A stretch of 64,000 nucleotides of DNA from Chrysomallon squamiferum (lineage: Eukaryota > Animalia > Mollusca). The stretch lies in contig CM022675.1 of assembly GCA_012295275.1 (NCBI GenBank), positions 9,424,001 through 9,488,000 on the forward strand. Direction: 5' to 3'. The notes beneath the pieces were generated by a model. It was not told where the DNA came from, did no database searches, and saw only the letters and a list, made by a program, of their open reading frames with translations. Positions 46,380 through 61,022 of the stretch are shown in pieces. The first letter of the stretch is position 1, and every line of letters starts with the position of its first letter. A program made the position numbers and the translations under genes.

Positions 46380-46700
46380 TGTTTGGACAAGCACTACTAA
46401 CAAAGTCTGCACTAACACAAATTCTGGACACTTTCACGAGATCTGCACTGATGCAAATTCTGGACAATCCCACCAATGCCAAGTCTGTACTGGAAAATCA
46501 CACTAATGAATTGTCTAGACAAACACATTAATACAAAGTCTGCACTAAGGCAATGTGGGACAATCGCAAAGTCTGCACAGAACCATCTCACTAAGCAAAG
46601 TTTGCACTGGACAATCACACCATTATGTACACTTTTCTGGTTTCCTTGTAATTAAATTGTGCACTGAGCAGTTTCATGGGCATTCAGCACTAGACAAATG
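46380..46700. repeat. Degenerate tandem repeat downstream of the NDUFA4-A stop codon
   Basis: Recurring CAAAGTCTGCACTAA and TGGACAATC modules. Confidence 0.7.
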
Positions 46701-48223
46701 CACTTATTGTTAAAATTACTAAGTCTTAATTCACTGTTTATAACTAACTTTGAAACTGCATGATATTGTTGTATTAAGACACTTGACTATTCTGGGAAAT
46801 CATTTGGCAACACATTTGATGTACTATGTATTGTGTGTAGCAGTATCTATATGCAGGACAGTTTATCTGTAAATGTATCATAACCAAAATACTGCAAATC
46901 CATCCAGTGTAACTAGATATTCCTTGTTTAACTAAATTGTCAATAAGTTGTTTAATGTTAAAGCACAAGTTTATTTTGAAATGTTCATTTATGTTCAAAA
47001 TTGTTTTGAGCCTTCTCTACTTGAATAGGTGTGGATGGAAATAACATTTTCATTTGATCTTCACATGCAATATAAACTGGATCTATGTACAACTGTATTC
47101 CTGTTGATATAAAGCACAAGCTTAACCTAGTTGGCATTTCTTGCCTCAGCAATCTCGGTGTACTGGTAATTTTACTTTTTGCCTTGGATTAATATATTTT
47201 AATAAATTGTATTTACAGTTTACCATTTTTAGCATCAATTTTTAATTTTGTCTCGAACTACAGAAATAAATTTTACAGAAATGCAATGGTGGTTTGTTGT
47301 TTATATTTATTCAATCGCTTTTGACAACCCATTTCTCTGAACGTGAACACTTAAAAAAAAAAAAAAATATCTGCACAAATAAAATGAATGTGTAATGGCA
47401 TAATTTAAAAAATACAAATTGGAGGGGGGAAACCCACTATGTACGAATTATTTTTTTAAACAAAATTCATCGGCCTTTTCCTGTTGTATCTGTACAATAT
47501 AAAAACAAATGCCTTCTCGTCAAATTTTTTTTTTTTTTTTTTTTTTGTTCTTGAATTGTTAACTGTAAAATGGTCATCACTTGTCAGAAAAAATATTTCA
47601 AACCTTATTACTTTTAAAAATTACCATCCATTCGTACTGCAAAATTAATAAAAATTAGGAATGAATGCTCTACATGCAAAATTTATACAATTACAATTTC
47701 ATTCACACGGTTGCTTCCCTTTGGTTCTTTCTTACATGGCCGGCGTTAATTTATAATTTCGTAAATGTTCGAGTAAATACGTTGATAACTAGCAACAGTA
47801 ATTAATAAATAAATAAATAATTGTACAGTAAGTTCACAGTTGTTACTTAAATGGCCAAGACAATGTCAATTTTCATTCATAGTTTCGATTAACAGTTTTG
47901 ACATTGACTGTACCTCAAATAGCTTCATTTAAAATAAAGAGCACACTCATTTTACGTAGAGTAGACTGAATTAAAATATTCTAAACGAATTTGTTTTAGA
48001 AAAGATTGAAATATGCAGAACAAAATGTCTAAGTTTACTCGGATATTTATAATTAAAACGTGGTACAGGACAACATTCGTTCCAAAAATCTAAGTTCTAA
48101 TTTCCAATACTCTGTTGTCATTACTTTGAGTATATAAGACAAATTCCATAACAATTTAACTTTCTTTACATTTTAGGATGATTTAAATAAAATAGGCATA
48201 TAACAAATGATTTAATTTAGGTA

Positions 48224-48254
<31 letters not shown>

Positions 48255-48891
48255 TTTATTTAGTTTGGTTGCACTAAAGGAATTATATATAAAATTATAC
48301 ACAACTGGAAAGTAAGGTGGAATTAACCAAAACGTTAAAATAAACTAATAAATTAATTAGTTGCTGATCAATAAAACTATGTATCGAAGACTTGTTGAAT
48401 GATACTGAATAGCTGCTGATTTAGCTTCAAACTGTCCACAGGTTAGAAATATATGGTTGACGAGTACACTTTTCCAAATACCAGCACAGAGAAGTTTTAG
48501 TATGGTCAGCTAATACTAGACTGAAATATTTACAGTTTATTATATATATATTGCAAAATTACAATTTCTAATCTAAAATGATCTGAAATTGAAAGGAAAT
48601 CGCGAATCTGCAGACCCCTGGTTTAGAGCACTCGAAATAGGAGCCAGAATCCCCTGCCTAGAAATAGTATTAATGTTAAAAAGAGTTAGAAGAATCTTTG
48701 GGTTGTAGGTCTTCGCATCAAACGAGCTAATCTGAGATGTCACTATACATTCCTTTTCTGACCAACCTTTTAACATACTAACATTAGCGTCATTTTTAGG
48801 TTAGGTGGGGAGGTTCGTTTCCAGTGGTGCTCCCTTAGAGCAATGTCCCGATATAATCGATGCTCTGTGAATTGTTATTTAAAAACAAAAA

Positions 48892-48922
<31 letters not shown>

Positions 48923-49314
48923 AGCAGTGGCAAAGTTCCGTATAAAAAAGATTTTCTGCTGTTCGAAAAAGAAAGATGGGTATGTGACGCAGTAGTAACG
49001 TCATATTACTATGTTTTCCGTAACGACATGTTTGTCGACGTATAATCGTAGATTCAAAAAGGTTTTCACCGCGTCTTTGAATACAATATTCATTCGTTTA
49101 TTCCCCTCCCCCTCACCTTTTTTTTTATCCAGTGACCTCCGGCCAAGCTCGAGCTCTGAACTTACAAGTTTACAAGTCAAAAAGCAATGGCTTAACCTCA
49201 TTGCCTCCAAGGCAACCCTAAATATGTTTCACTATCAATTCATGTGCATAATTGTACACATAAATCATACCATGAGCGAACTATTTTGTAGCCGGTACTA
49301 TTTTCATCAATCGC

Positions 49315-49350
49315 TATAAATGGTAATATTTCAAGGCCAATGAGTAATAG
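49315..49350 (+). promoter_or_regulatory. Candidate TATA-box promoter of NDUFA4 paralog B
   Basis: Consensus TATAAATG at 49315-49322, about 107 nt upstream of the ATG; ERR-like TCAAGGCCA at 49331. Confidence 0.45.
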
Positions 49351-49421
49351 TTACAAGAAAATTCTTCTCTAACTGTAGAAAAAGAAAAATATTCTGTTTT
49401 CACGTCTGCAAAACTGCAAAA

Positions 49422-52517
<3,096 letters not shown>

Positions 52518-52654
52518 ACAAATGGACAGACAAAGAAACAACGAGATGAAAAACAATACTGCATTATTTGCAAAAATTACGAAAAAGTGTTAATATAATT
52601 ACTTTTAAAACGGAGTAATCACGTGATTTAGACCTGCGTTCCCGTAAAGTGACA

Positions 52655-52717
<63 letters not shown>

Positions 52718-52965
52718 TTGAAACTTGTCGGTTGTGACTTATTGTGGTTCACTGTAATTCCTAAATTTTATAATTAATTAAATTTGAACTTCCTAGGATA
52801 TTACGGTTTTACAAATCATTGATACTGACATTTTATATAAAGTCTATATTAAGCATGGGTTTTGTAGAGCATTCATTTTAAACTAACTATAATTACTAGG
52901 TTAATTACAAATAATAATAGTAGTAATGTTGAATTTACTACATTTTGTTAATTTCGTAAATACTG

Positions 52966-53008
<43 letters not shown>

Positions 53009-53609
53009 TGTTGTTATTGTTATTGTCGTTATTATTATTATTACTACTACTACTACTACTACTACTACTATTATTTCTGATGATTTTTATTCCATGTATT
53101 TATAATTCACTGATTATACGCCTAATATAATTTATAAATTTATTTTTAAAAAAAATAAATAAAAGAAAATAACAAACTATTTTTTCCATATTGTGTGGCT
53201 TTATTACTGATGAATTGACAGAAAGCAATATTATTCAAAAAGAAACCAAACAAACGAACTCTCCTTCCCCCAACAAACACACAGCCTACTTGTTAATTCA
53301 GAAGTTTTATTAGTTTCAATATGGCGTCTATCACGGAACATGCTTGATAAGCAGCGGTGAATAGAAACAATACACTGGAAGAATCTTGGTTTCGTTTTGT
53401 TTGAAGTGTCTTTATTTCTGCTTCGATATTATCTGGATACTTTCATTGTATTAAACATTTTAATTTCATCAGCGTAGGAATAGAGGTCTTCGAATGTTCT
53501 AGAAAGAAAAAACCGAGTACTTTCGGCTACTCAAACCGGAAGAGTAACGAAAAAAAAAAAAAAGTGAATAAATAAATAAATACTGATGAGTATGGGAAAA
53601 GCTGAAATT

Positions 53610-53655
<46 letters not shown>

Positions 53656-54251
53656 TATATCTTCAGTATTTTCAGTATATTTACGAAAAACAAATTATTA
53701 TTATTATTTTTATATTTATATAAGAATTTCTGCTTTTCTAAATTTATTTATTTATTTATATATTTGTTTGTTTGTTTCAGTATTTCAGAGATATTGTAAA
53801 TATTTCTTTTTTCTTTTTCTTTCTTTTTCTCCCCCCATCACAAAGTTAACACCAATGTGAGAGTACGATTTAATATCGGTACTCGAAAATTATATTATTT
53901 TAGTAAAGAAAACAATTTAGTAATATTATTATTATTTTATTAAACTTTTGGTGGACACAATAAACCTATGTCGCACTTAGTAATTTGGGGACCTCCGTTT
54001 CACCACAGAAATACACGAAAATACGTCTGTACTGAATATACATAAAACTACGTGTTTTATACCTCGTTTGAGGTTTTTAAGATGTAAATATGTTTGATGT
54101 GTTGAAATAAACTTTGATTTGAAAACCTTTGTCTTACCATTGTCTTTATAAAGAGTTAAATATATTTTAACATATAAATACCAAGTGATATTTTGTAGTA
54201 AAACAACCATAGTATATGCAGAACTAGACAGAACTAGAGAGAGAGAGAGAG

Positions 54252-54292
<41 letters not shown>

Positions 54293-54523
54293 CAATATAT
54301 ATTACGTTTCTTGATACCCTCGGTTTGGTAAATATTTCTAAATTTATTTAAATTAAACATAATTTGTTTTCAGAACATTTCTGGAATCAGGATTTTCCAA
54401 AAACCCATGTAGTAAAATAAAACAGTTCTCTCTCTCTCTCTTTCTCTCTCTCTATATATACATATATATACATATAATGAATGAATGAATCTTTGTAAAC
54501 CCATACCAGAAAAAAAAAAAAAA

Positions 54524-54575
<52 letters not shown>

Positions 54576-55314
54576 AATAATAATAAAAAAAATAATAATA
54601 ATAATAAAAAAAAAAAAAAAAAAAAAAACTGATACAAAAGAAAAGAAAAGCATATTGAAATATTTTCAATTCTTTATTTAAAATGTTTACAAGATACACA
54701 CCTAATGCTGGATACATTACGATGCTGCTTTAATAATTACGGCAGCAACAAAAGCAGATCCGAGAAAAGGTATATAACGTGAATACAAGGTGCAGAATAC
54801 TAAACAGCTAGTCTGGCTAATTATTTTGTCAAACTTTATTATTAGGAAAGATTGAGTTTTACAGTTACAAATGTAATAATAAAGCAATGAAAGTGGACGA
54901 AACGTATTTAGTCCGTTTGTTCCTCCAGTAGTAAACAAAGATGAAATTCAGTTTGTAATGCTACTGTCGCAGAACAGATTTGGAAACGTCAATACTAATG
55001 AAATATATTATGGAGAACACTACAGTTTATTAAGTATATATGACTGTATGTATGTGTATGTGTGCGTGTGTCTGTATGTGTGTGCGCGTGCGCGCGTGTA
55101 TTCAAATTACCTATTTCTATAGATCTGATAAAACGATCTGTCAAATTTTCTCAAACATTAATAAAATGATTAGATACAGGTAAGTGTCATAAAACAAAAT
55201 TGCTGAAATGCCACTAAATTAAATAACATAATTCAATAATGAAATTAATACAAGTATTTTAACATTGTCATAAACGTAACTGCTTTTTTTGTTAAAGTCA
55301 AATATCCACAGAAA

Positions 55315-55374
<60 letters not shown>

Positions 55375-56289
55375 ACGAACATAGATACTCGATGTACATA
55401 ATCAACTAGCAGTATTTCAGTTAGCATCAAAGAATCACAGGATAAAAATAAATTTTACAATTTACATTCTGAAATAGGCTAATATAACTTTATATTCTTG
55501 TTTAATACAATATTAATAACTGGAAATTTGTTTAACAATTTAAAGAACATATTTTTTACTGATGTTTTTTTTAATTATTATTACACCAGGATACTTTTTT
55601 TTCTTGATATACAAGAATACAAGAGAAATAATTTTTATTTTGATGTGAAATTGATTGTAAAGATATTAAAATGCGCTTATCATGCAATTAAAGTTAAATT
55701 ATTGTTTTTATAAAAAAAAAAAATATAAAAAAAATTTTTTTCTTAAAGTTAACGATTTCGTTTCAGTATAAGGATAATAATAACAGAAATAATAATAATA
55801 ATAACAACAACAAAATAATAAATAAACAAAATATTTAAGGAATAATAATACTAAATAATAACAATAATAGCAATAGTAATAAATAATGAAAGAAAGATTG
55901 AAAGAAAGAAGGAAATAAAGAAACAAACAAATAAAATAAAATAAAGTAAAATGAAATAAAATTTGTAGTAAACAAATAATATACAAAAATACTATTTACC
56001 ATAACAGTTATAATGAGAGAAAATATATGTTGTAATATAGAAATATCGGGTTATACGAGAAAATAACCCGCAGAAATCCTGTAATTAATTATCTTCTGAT
56101 GGTATAGTTACAAACCCATAACCAGATTACAGTGCAAAAATTCCCATCAAGTATTCTAAACTATTCCGGTTTTTAAAATGTTAATCTGTGTGTGCGAACG
56201 AACTTCTTAATTTTCGTAACAACAAACACGTAACACATTAAACACTAGTAATAACAACGTTTCAAAAGCAGGTGTAATTGTATTTTAAA

Positions 56290-56630
56290 CGCAGTATTTT
56301 TCTAAGAATGCTTCTAAATGTTTTTTTCTGCCAATATTTTGTACGCTGCGTTTTTTTCTCTAAGATTACGTACAAGTGCGAATTTTATCGTAACTTCCTT
56401 ATAATTCTTGTACTCGCGTATTTTCTAAGAATGCTTTTCATTACGTATTTTGTTACGATATTATTGTGCAGTGTATTTTCCAGGAATATTTCTAATCAAC
56501 GTATTTTTCCCAGAATGTTTCTAATCAACGTATTTTCCAGGAATATTTCTAATTGACGTGTTTTCCCAGAATGTTTCTAATCAACGTATTTTCCCAGAAT
56601 ATTTCTAATCAACGTGGGATCCCAGAATAA
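56290..56630. repeat. 28-bp minisatellite carrying TTC-N3-GAA (STAT/GAS-type) sites
   Basis: Unit AACGTATTTTCCCAGAATATTTCTAATC; sites at 56300, 56423, 56478, 56507, 56535, 56563 and 56591. Confidence 0.85.
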
Positions 56631-56978
56631 GTTTTAAAGATTTTTTTCCAAAGAAATTTTTCTTTGTTACGTCTTTTCAGAGGCGTAAAAATAAATAATT
56701 TATCAATGGAAATGTAATTTATAAACTAAATTAAACCATACAAAGTTAAAATGAAGTTTTCATTTTTGAAATTGTAATTAATTATCGAAAGTTATCGAAA
56801 TACAATTTCTTCGTTGCATACAATCAAAAATCACATATTTGAAGTGGACAAAAAAAAATGTAAATAAAATAAAATAATATATAAATAGATACAAAATTTA
56901 AACGATTCATCACAACGCTTTATTATTGTTATTGCGAATTAACGAAATATTATTTACTGAGTGTTATTCCAATGAATG

Positions 56979-57029
<51 letters not shown>

Positions 57030-57227
57030 CAATATTATAAAAAGAAGAAAAGAAATTGATGATAATTATGACAAAGAAGAAAAAGTAAATATAAATGCTG
57101 ACGAATTAGAATTTAGTTAAAATAAAGAAACATCCTTCTAACAACATTAAGAAGAAGATGAAGAAGAAAAAAATCAACAGAAGAAAACGAAACAATATAA
57201 TAATAAAATACTTTATGAAAACTAGCA

Positions 57228-57265
<38 letters not shown>

Positions 57266-57357
57266 CATAAAAATAATCATAAAAATAATAATAAAAATAA
57301 TCATAATAAAAATAATCATAAAATAATAATAATAATCATAATAACAATAATCATAAA

Positions 57358-57388
<31 letters not shown>

Positions 57389-57478
57389 TGGAGAATGATG
57401 ATTACAAAACAAACATGTTAATATAACGAGGATGGCGAAGGAGGAAACAAAGAACACGAAGAAACGTGTTCACTATCT

Positions 57479-58320
57479 TTACGGATGAAGAACTTCAAAA
57501 GCGGCAGGCCCGCCATCGTCAAAATGCGTCTGCACGTGATTTTCAAATTCCTCCTGCGTTTTGCTTTCCGGAAACACCAAGCCGCACATGGGGCAAATCT
57601 TGTCGAGGCGGTTACTCATTGGTTCCGCGTGCAGAGTTTCGGGTCCGTTTAAATCGTCGAAGCACTCAAATACGTGCGACTGAAAGTCGTCTATGTTGAG
57701 ATGCGAGAAATCCCTGGAGCAAACTGGGCAGAGCTTCGTGGAATTAGTTCTCTCACAAGCTGCATCGTTACCAGCTCTGCTGTCAGTCCCAGGCGAATTC
57801 TCCTTGGGAAACGGATATTCACGTGATGAATCGTTTTGTCTAAAACTTTGTCCCTGTCGCGAATTGTAAACACCTACGTTCACTTGTAAGCCCGACTTGG
57901 CTTGCACCTGTTGCCTGTTTGGTGCGTTGTCGTAAGAACTGATTAAGTGATCATCGTCTGACCAAACAGTGTGCAGAGGTCCTTGATATGCATGGTTTTC
58001 CAACATGGCGTCGTCTTCACTTCTGCGCAGAATTACTTCGCTTCTGCTTGCCTCCGTTGGTGTCGGCTGTTGTCTGATAACAATTTTTTCTGAGGCTGAT
58101 CTCTGTGGTTTGTTTTCACCAACAGTTCTTTGTGATGACTGTGACAGATTTGGTAAAGATACCTTGAGAGTCAGACTGTCCTCTGTAAGTGTTGAGAAGC
58201 TCTTCCCATGAAGAGATGATGATGATGATGATGATTGTATATCTTTTCTGATCGAATTAGGACTGTCAGGATAATCATGATTATGACTCGGTTTTGAACC
58301 CTTAGAGCAGGAGGCTTTTA
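57479..58320 (-). CDS. AZI2: AZI2/TBKBP1/TANK-like coding exon 2 (Ser-rich linker, two UBZ zinc fingers)
   Basis: Acceptor ttttcttttcttacag at 58321; in frame with track ORF 57479..58006; fingers at about 57730-57662 and 57595-57521. Confidence 0.92.
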
Positions 58321-60124
58321 CTGTAAGAAAAGAAAATATTATACTGAAGATTCAGAAGCATAAAAAAAAAAAAAAATTGAAATGAAATAAAATAATAAGA
58401 ATAAATAAATAAATAAACAAATAATTGAAAAAAAATATAGAAAAAAAAAAAAAAAAATAAAGTAAATAAATAAATGAGTAAAGTAAAATAAAGTCATGTA
58501 ATGTAATGTAAAATAAAACAAATTAAAATTAAAAAATAGAATATGTACTTCTGATAAAATATATAATAGAAATAATAGTTTCTTATAAGAGTTTGTCTGT
58601 TATAATAATAAGAATAATAATTATAATAATAATATATAATAATAAAGCAATAATTTTTAAAACAAATAACAAAGTAATATACCAGAATTAAATTAATGCA
58701 CAAACAAAAAAATGGCTTATAATAATATTTTGGCTTTATCACATTTTGATGTATTTAATATGAATCATGCTATCAACAGATACATATATTTCTATAAATA
58801 AATGTGTTTATAAATACTCAACAGATGCTGCAGAGAAATGTATGCATAAAAATACTCAACAGATATAAATGCACATTTTTCAGTTTTTGTGCAGAAATAA
58901 TTTTTTTTATAATTTCATCCAATGTTTTAATAATATATTTGTTTTAAAAAAAAAAAAAAAAAAAAAATTTCAAAACATTCTTATCAACTCTTGTCAAGTG
59001 TTGTAAGAAATTAATTTTTATTCTAATCAAAAACTTACCAAATGTTTTTAAGGAACTGTTTTTATTTATCCATTAAAAAAAAAAAAACCTTACCAAAAGC
59101 TATAATTATCCAATTTGTTTTCCTCTAATCAAACATTTACCCAGTGTTACTCTCAGTAACAGACATTTTTTTACCTAATCAACAACTTACCCAGTTTTTG
59201 GAGAAACTGATGCTGTTGCTGGACTGTTTTCTTAAGTCCTCCAATGATTTTTTTTAACTCTGCCAGTTCCTCGTTGGCAGAAATCGAAGGAAACAAAAGC
59301 AACTCCTCTTGATTCTGATAACCAGACCTGAGTTTCGAAACAAGAAGGTTGAGCTCTTCAATTTCTTTGTCTTTTGCTTCCATCGTTGCCTTCGCGTCTT
59401 CCTCGCACAGTCTCAGACGAGCACATTCATTTTCCAGCTCCTTTATTTTCAAACTCAGCTTGCCTTCAATGTCATGGTTATACGCCTGCCAATGATGTTC
59501 CCCAATCTTCGCCAAAGCGTCCAGAAGCTCTTTCTGGCAGTGCTGCAGGTTCTCCGTCAGACTATGGTTGTCGTCTTCAAGCTGCCTGACTTGCGACATC
59601 AACGAATCAATTAGCTTTTGCTTTCTGTCGCTTTCTTCCTGCAACTGTTTGTATTTACTCTCCATTTTCTGCAAGTTCTCGGTGTACGACGCTCTGACCG
59701 TGTCGAACTTCTGCACCTGCGTCTGGAGCTGATTCAGCTCGCGTTTCAACTGTCGAATGTAACCCTGGGTGGCTGCTGCATCACTACCGCCTGCAGCCGA
59801 TGCCGGAACGTCGGCCATTGCTGCCGCACCTTGCGAATTGTAGCTCATCGGAAAGTCGCACTCGTTGTAACTCATTCTCAGGCTGCTGGTTTTGTCGACA
59901 CTTCTGAGGGCACGCGTAAGGCTTTGGTTTTTCAGCGCAATGTCATTGTAGCGTTTTTTCAGATCGAAGTACGCTGTCTGTAGGGCGAAGAGTGCTGTGT
60001 TATTTCGTGTTGTAGGTAGAATGTTTTCGGGTAGGGTGCTGCAAGATACGTTTATGTGGCCGTCCAATTCGTCGCTGATGTCCTGGTCTTTTAAGATGCT
60101 GATGTCATCATCACAATAATCCAT
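57479..60124 (-). CDS. AZI2: AZI2(NAP1)/TBKBP1(SINTBAD)/TANK-family TBK1 adaptor with two C-terminal UBZ-type zinc fingers; complement(join(57479..58320,59191..60124)), 591 aa
   Basis: The N-terminus (DDDISIL...FALQTAYFDLKKRY) resembles NAP1 (EDDICIL...FALVTAYEDIKKRL). A long coiled coil follows. ELKKIIGGLKKTVQQQHQFLQKL resembles the NAP1 TBK1-binding domain (ELKREMSNLHLVTQVQAELLRKL). The C-terminus has C-x2-C-x14-H-x3-C and C-x2-C-x15-H-x3-H fingers. A phase-1 intron (G|GTAAGT ... tcttacag) joins the two track ORFs, and the frame from 58320 to 58006 was checked by hand and is open. The symbol is family-level, as the gene is likely co-orthologous to all three vertebrate genes. Confidence 0.85.
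59191..60124 (-). CDS. AZI2: AZI2/TBKBP1/TANK-like coding exon 1 (FIR-like motif, coiled coil, TBK1-binding-like helix)
   Basis: Track ORF of 317 aa; an in-frame TGA six codons upstream fixes the start at 60124; acceptor AG at 60147-60146; donor GTAAGT at 59190. Confidence 0.92.
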
Positions 60125-60851
60125 AACGCAACTGCACTCTCATTTCTAGTTTTAAAAATTGAAATAAAACTTTAAATCAGTTTGTATAGATAATATAATG
60201 TTGTACAAAAAAAAATTAAAAGATTTTTATATATATATATATATATGTATATGTAAAGAAATAAAATAAATATATAAAATAACATACAATAAATAAATAT
60301 ATATATATAAAATAACATACAATAAATAAATAAATAAACAAATAAAAATAAATAAATAGATATAAAATAACATACATTAAATCAATAAATAAATAATGTA
60401 AATAAATAGAGTGAAATGAAATGAAATAAATTAACTAACTAAATAAATATATAAATAAATACATATTTAAAAAAAATCAAATTTTTTAATTAGAAACAAA
60501 AAAGCTACTACTGTGATAACCTCAACTACTACAACTTACTGTTATTGCTACTGCTACAATTATCAACATTATAGTACTAATAATGATGATGATGATGATA
60601 CAAAGTAGTAACTATAATAATAATAATGGTGGTAATGGTAGTATTAATAGTAGTAGTAGTACTACTACAAGTGTAAGTAACAGTAGTAGTAGTAGTAGTA
60701 GTAGTAATAATTATAATAATAGCAGTAGTAGTTGACGCAGCTACACTAATAATGATATTCATAATCATGGTGATTACAGATTTATTATCTTAACTTCTTT
60801 TCTAAAGAAATCTGTTGAAACTAAACATGAAAATAATTAATTAACCTTAGA

Positions 60852-61022
60852 GTTAAAACATTAACTTACAAAACCTGTGTAGTATTTTCTCTCCTAAATG
60901 TATATATGACTAACACAACGAAGAAGTAATTCAAACTGTTAAAACATTAACTTACAAAACAACTGTATTATTATCTCCTAAATGTATAAATAATTAACAC
61001 AACGAAGAAGTAATTACAACTG
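60852..61022. repeat. ~86-bp tandem duplication
   Basis: GTTAAAACATTAACTTACAAAAC...TAACACAACGAAGAAGTAATT occurs twice. Confidence 0.8.

Noticed and set aside
52518-56280. Search for a miR-147/miR-210-like hairpin downstream of NDUFA4-B (by analogy to C15orf48), including GTGTGCGAACGAACTTCT at ~56190
   Set aside because: No fold-back partner found by eye, and no ACGCACA site seen in the downstream region of paralog A.
59309-59983. Plus-strand ORFs 59309..59614, 59374..59589, 59618..59983 (also 57466..57699 and 58005..58211)
   Set aside because: Antisense shadows of the adaptor coding exons.
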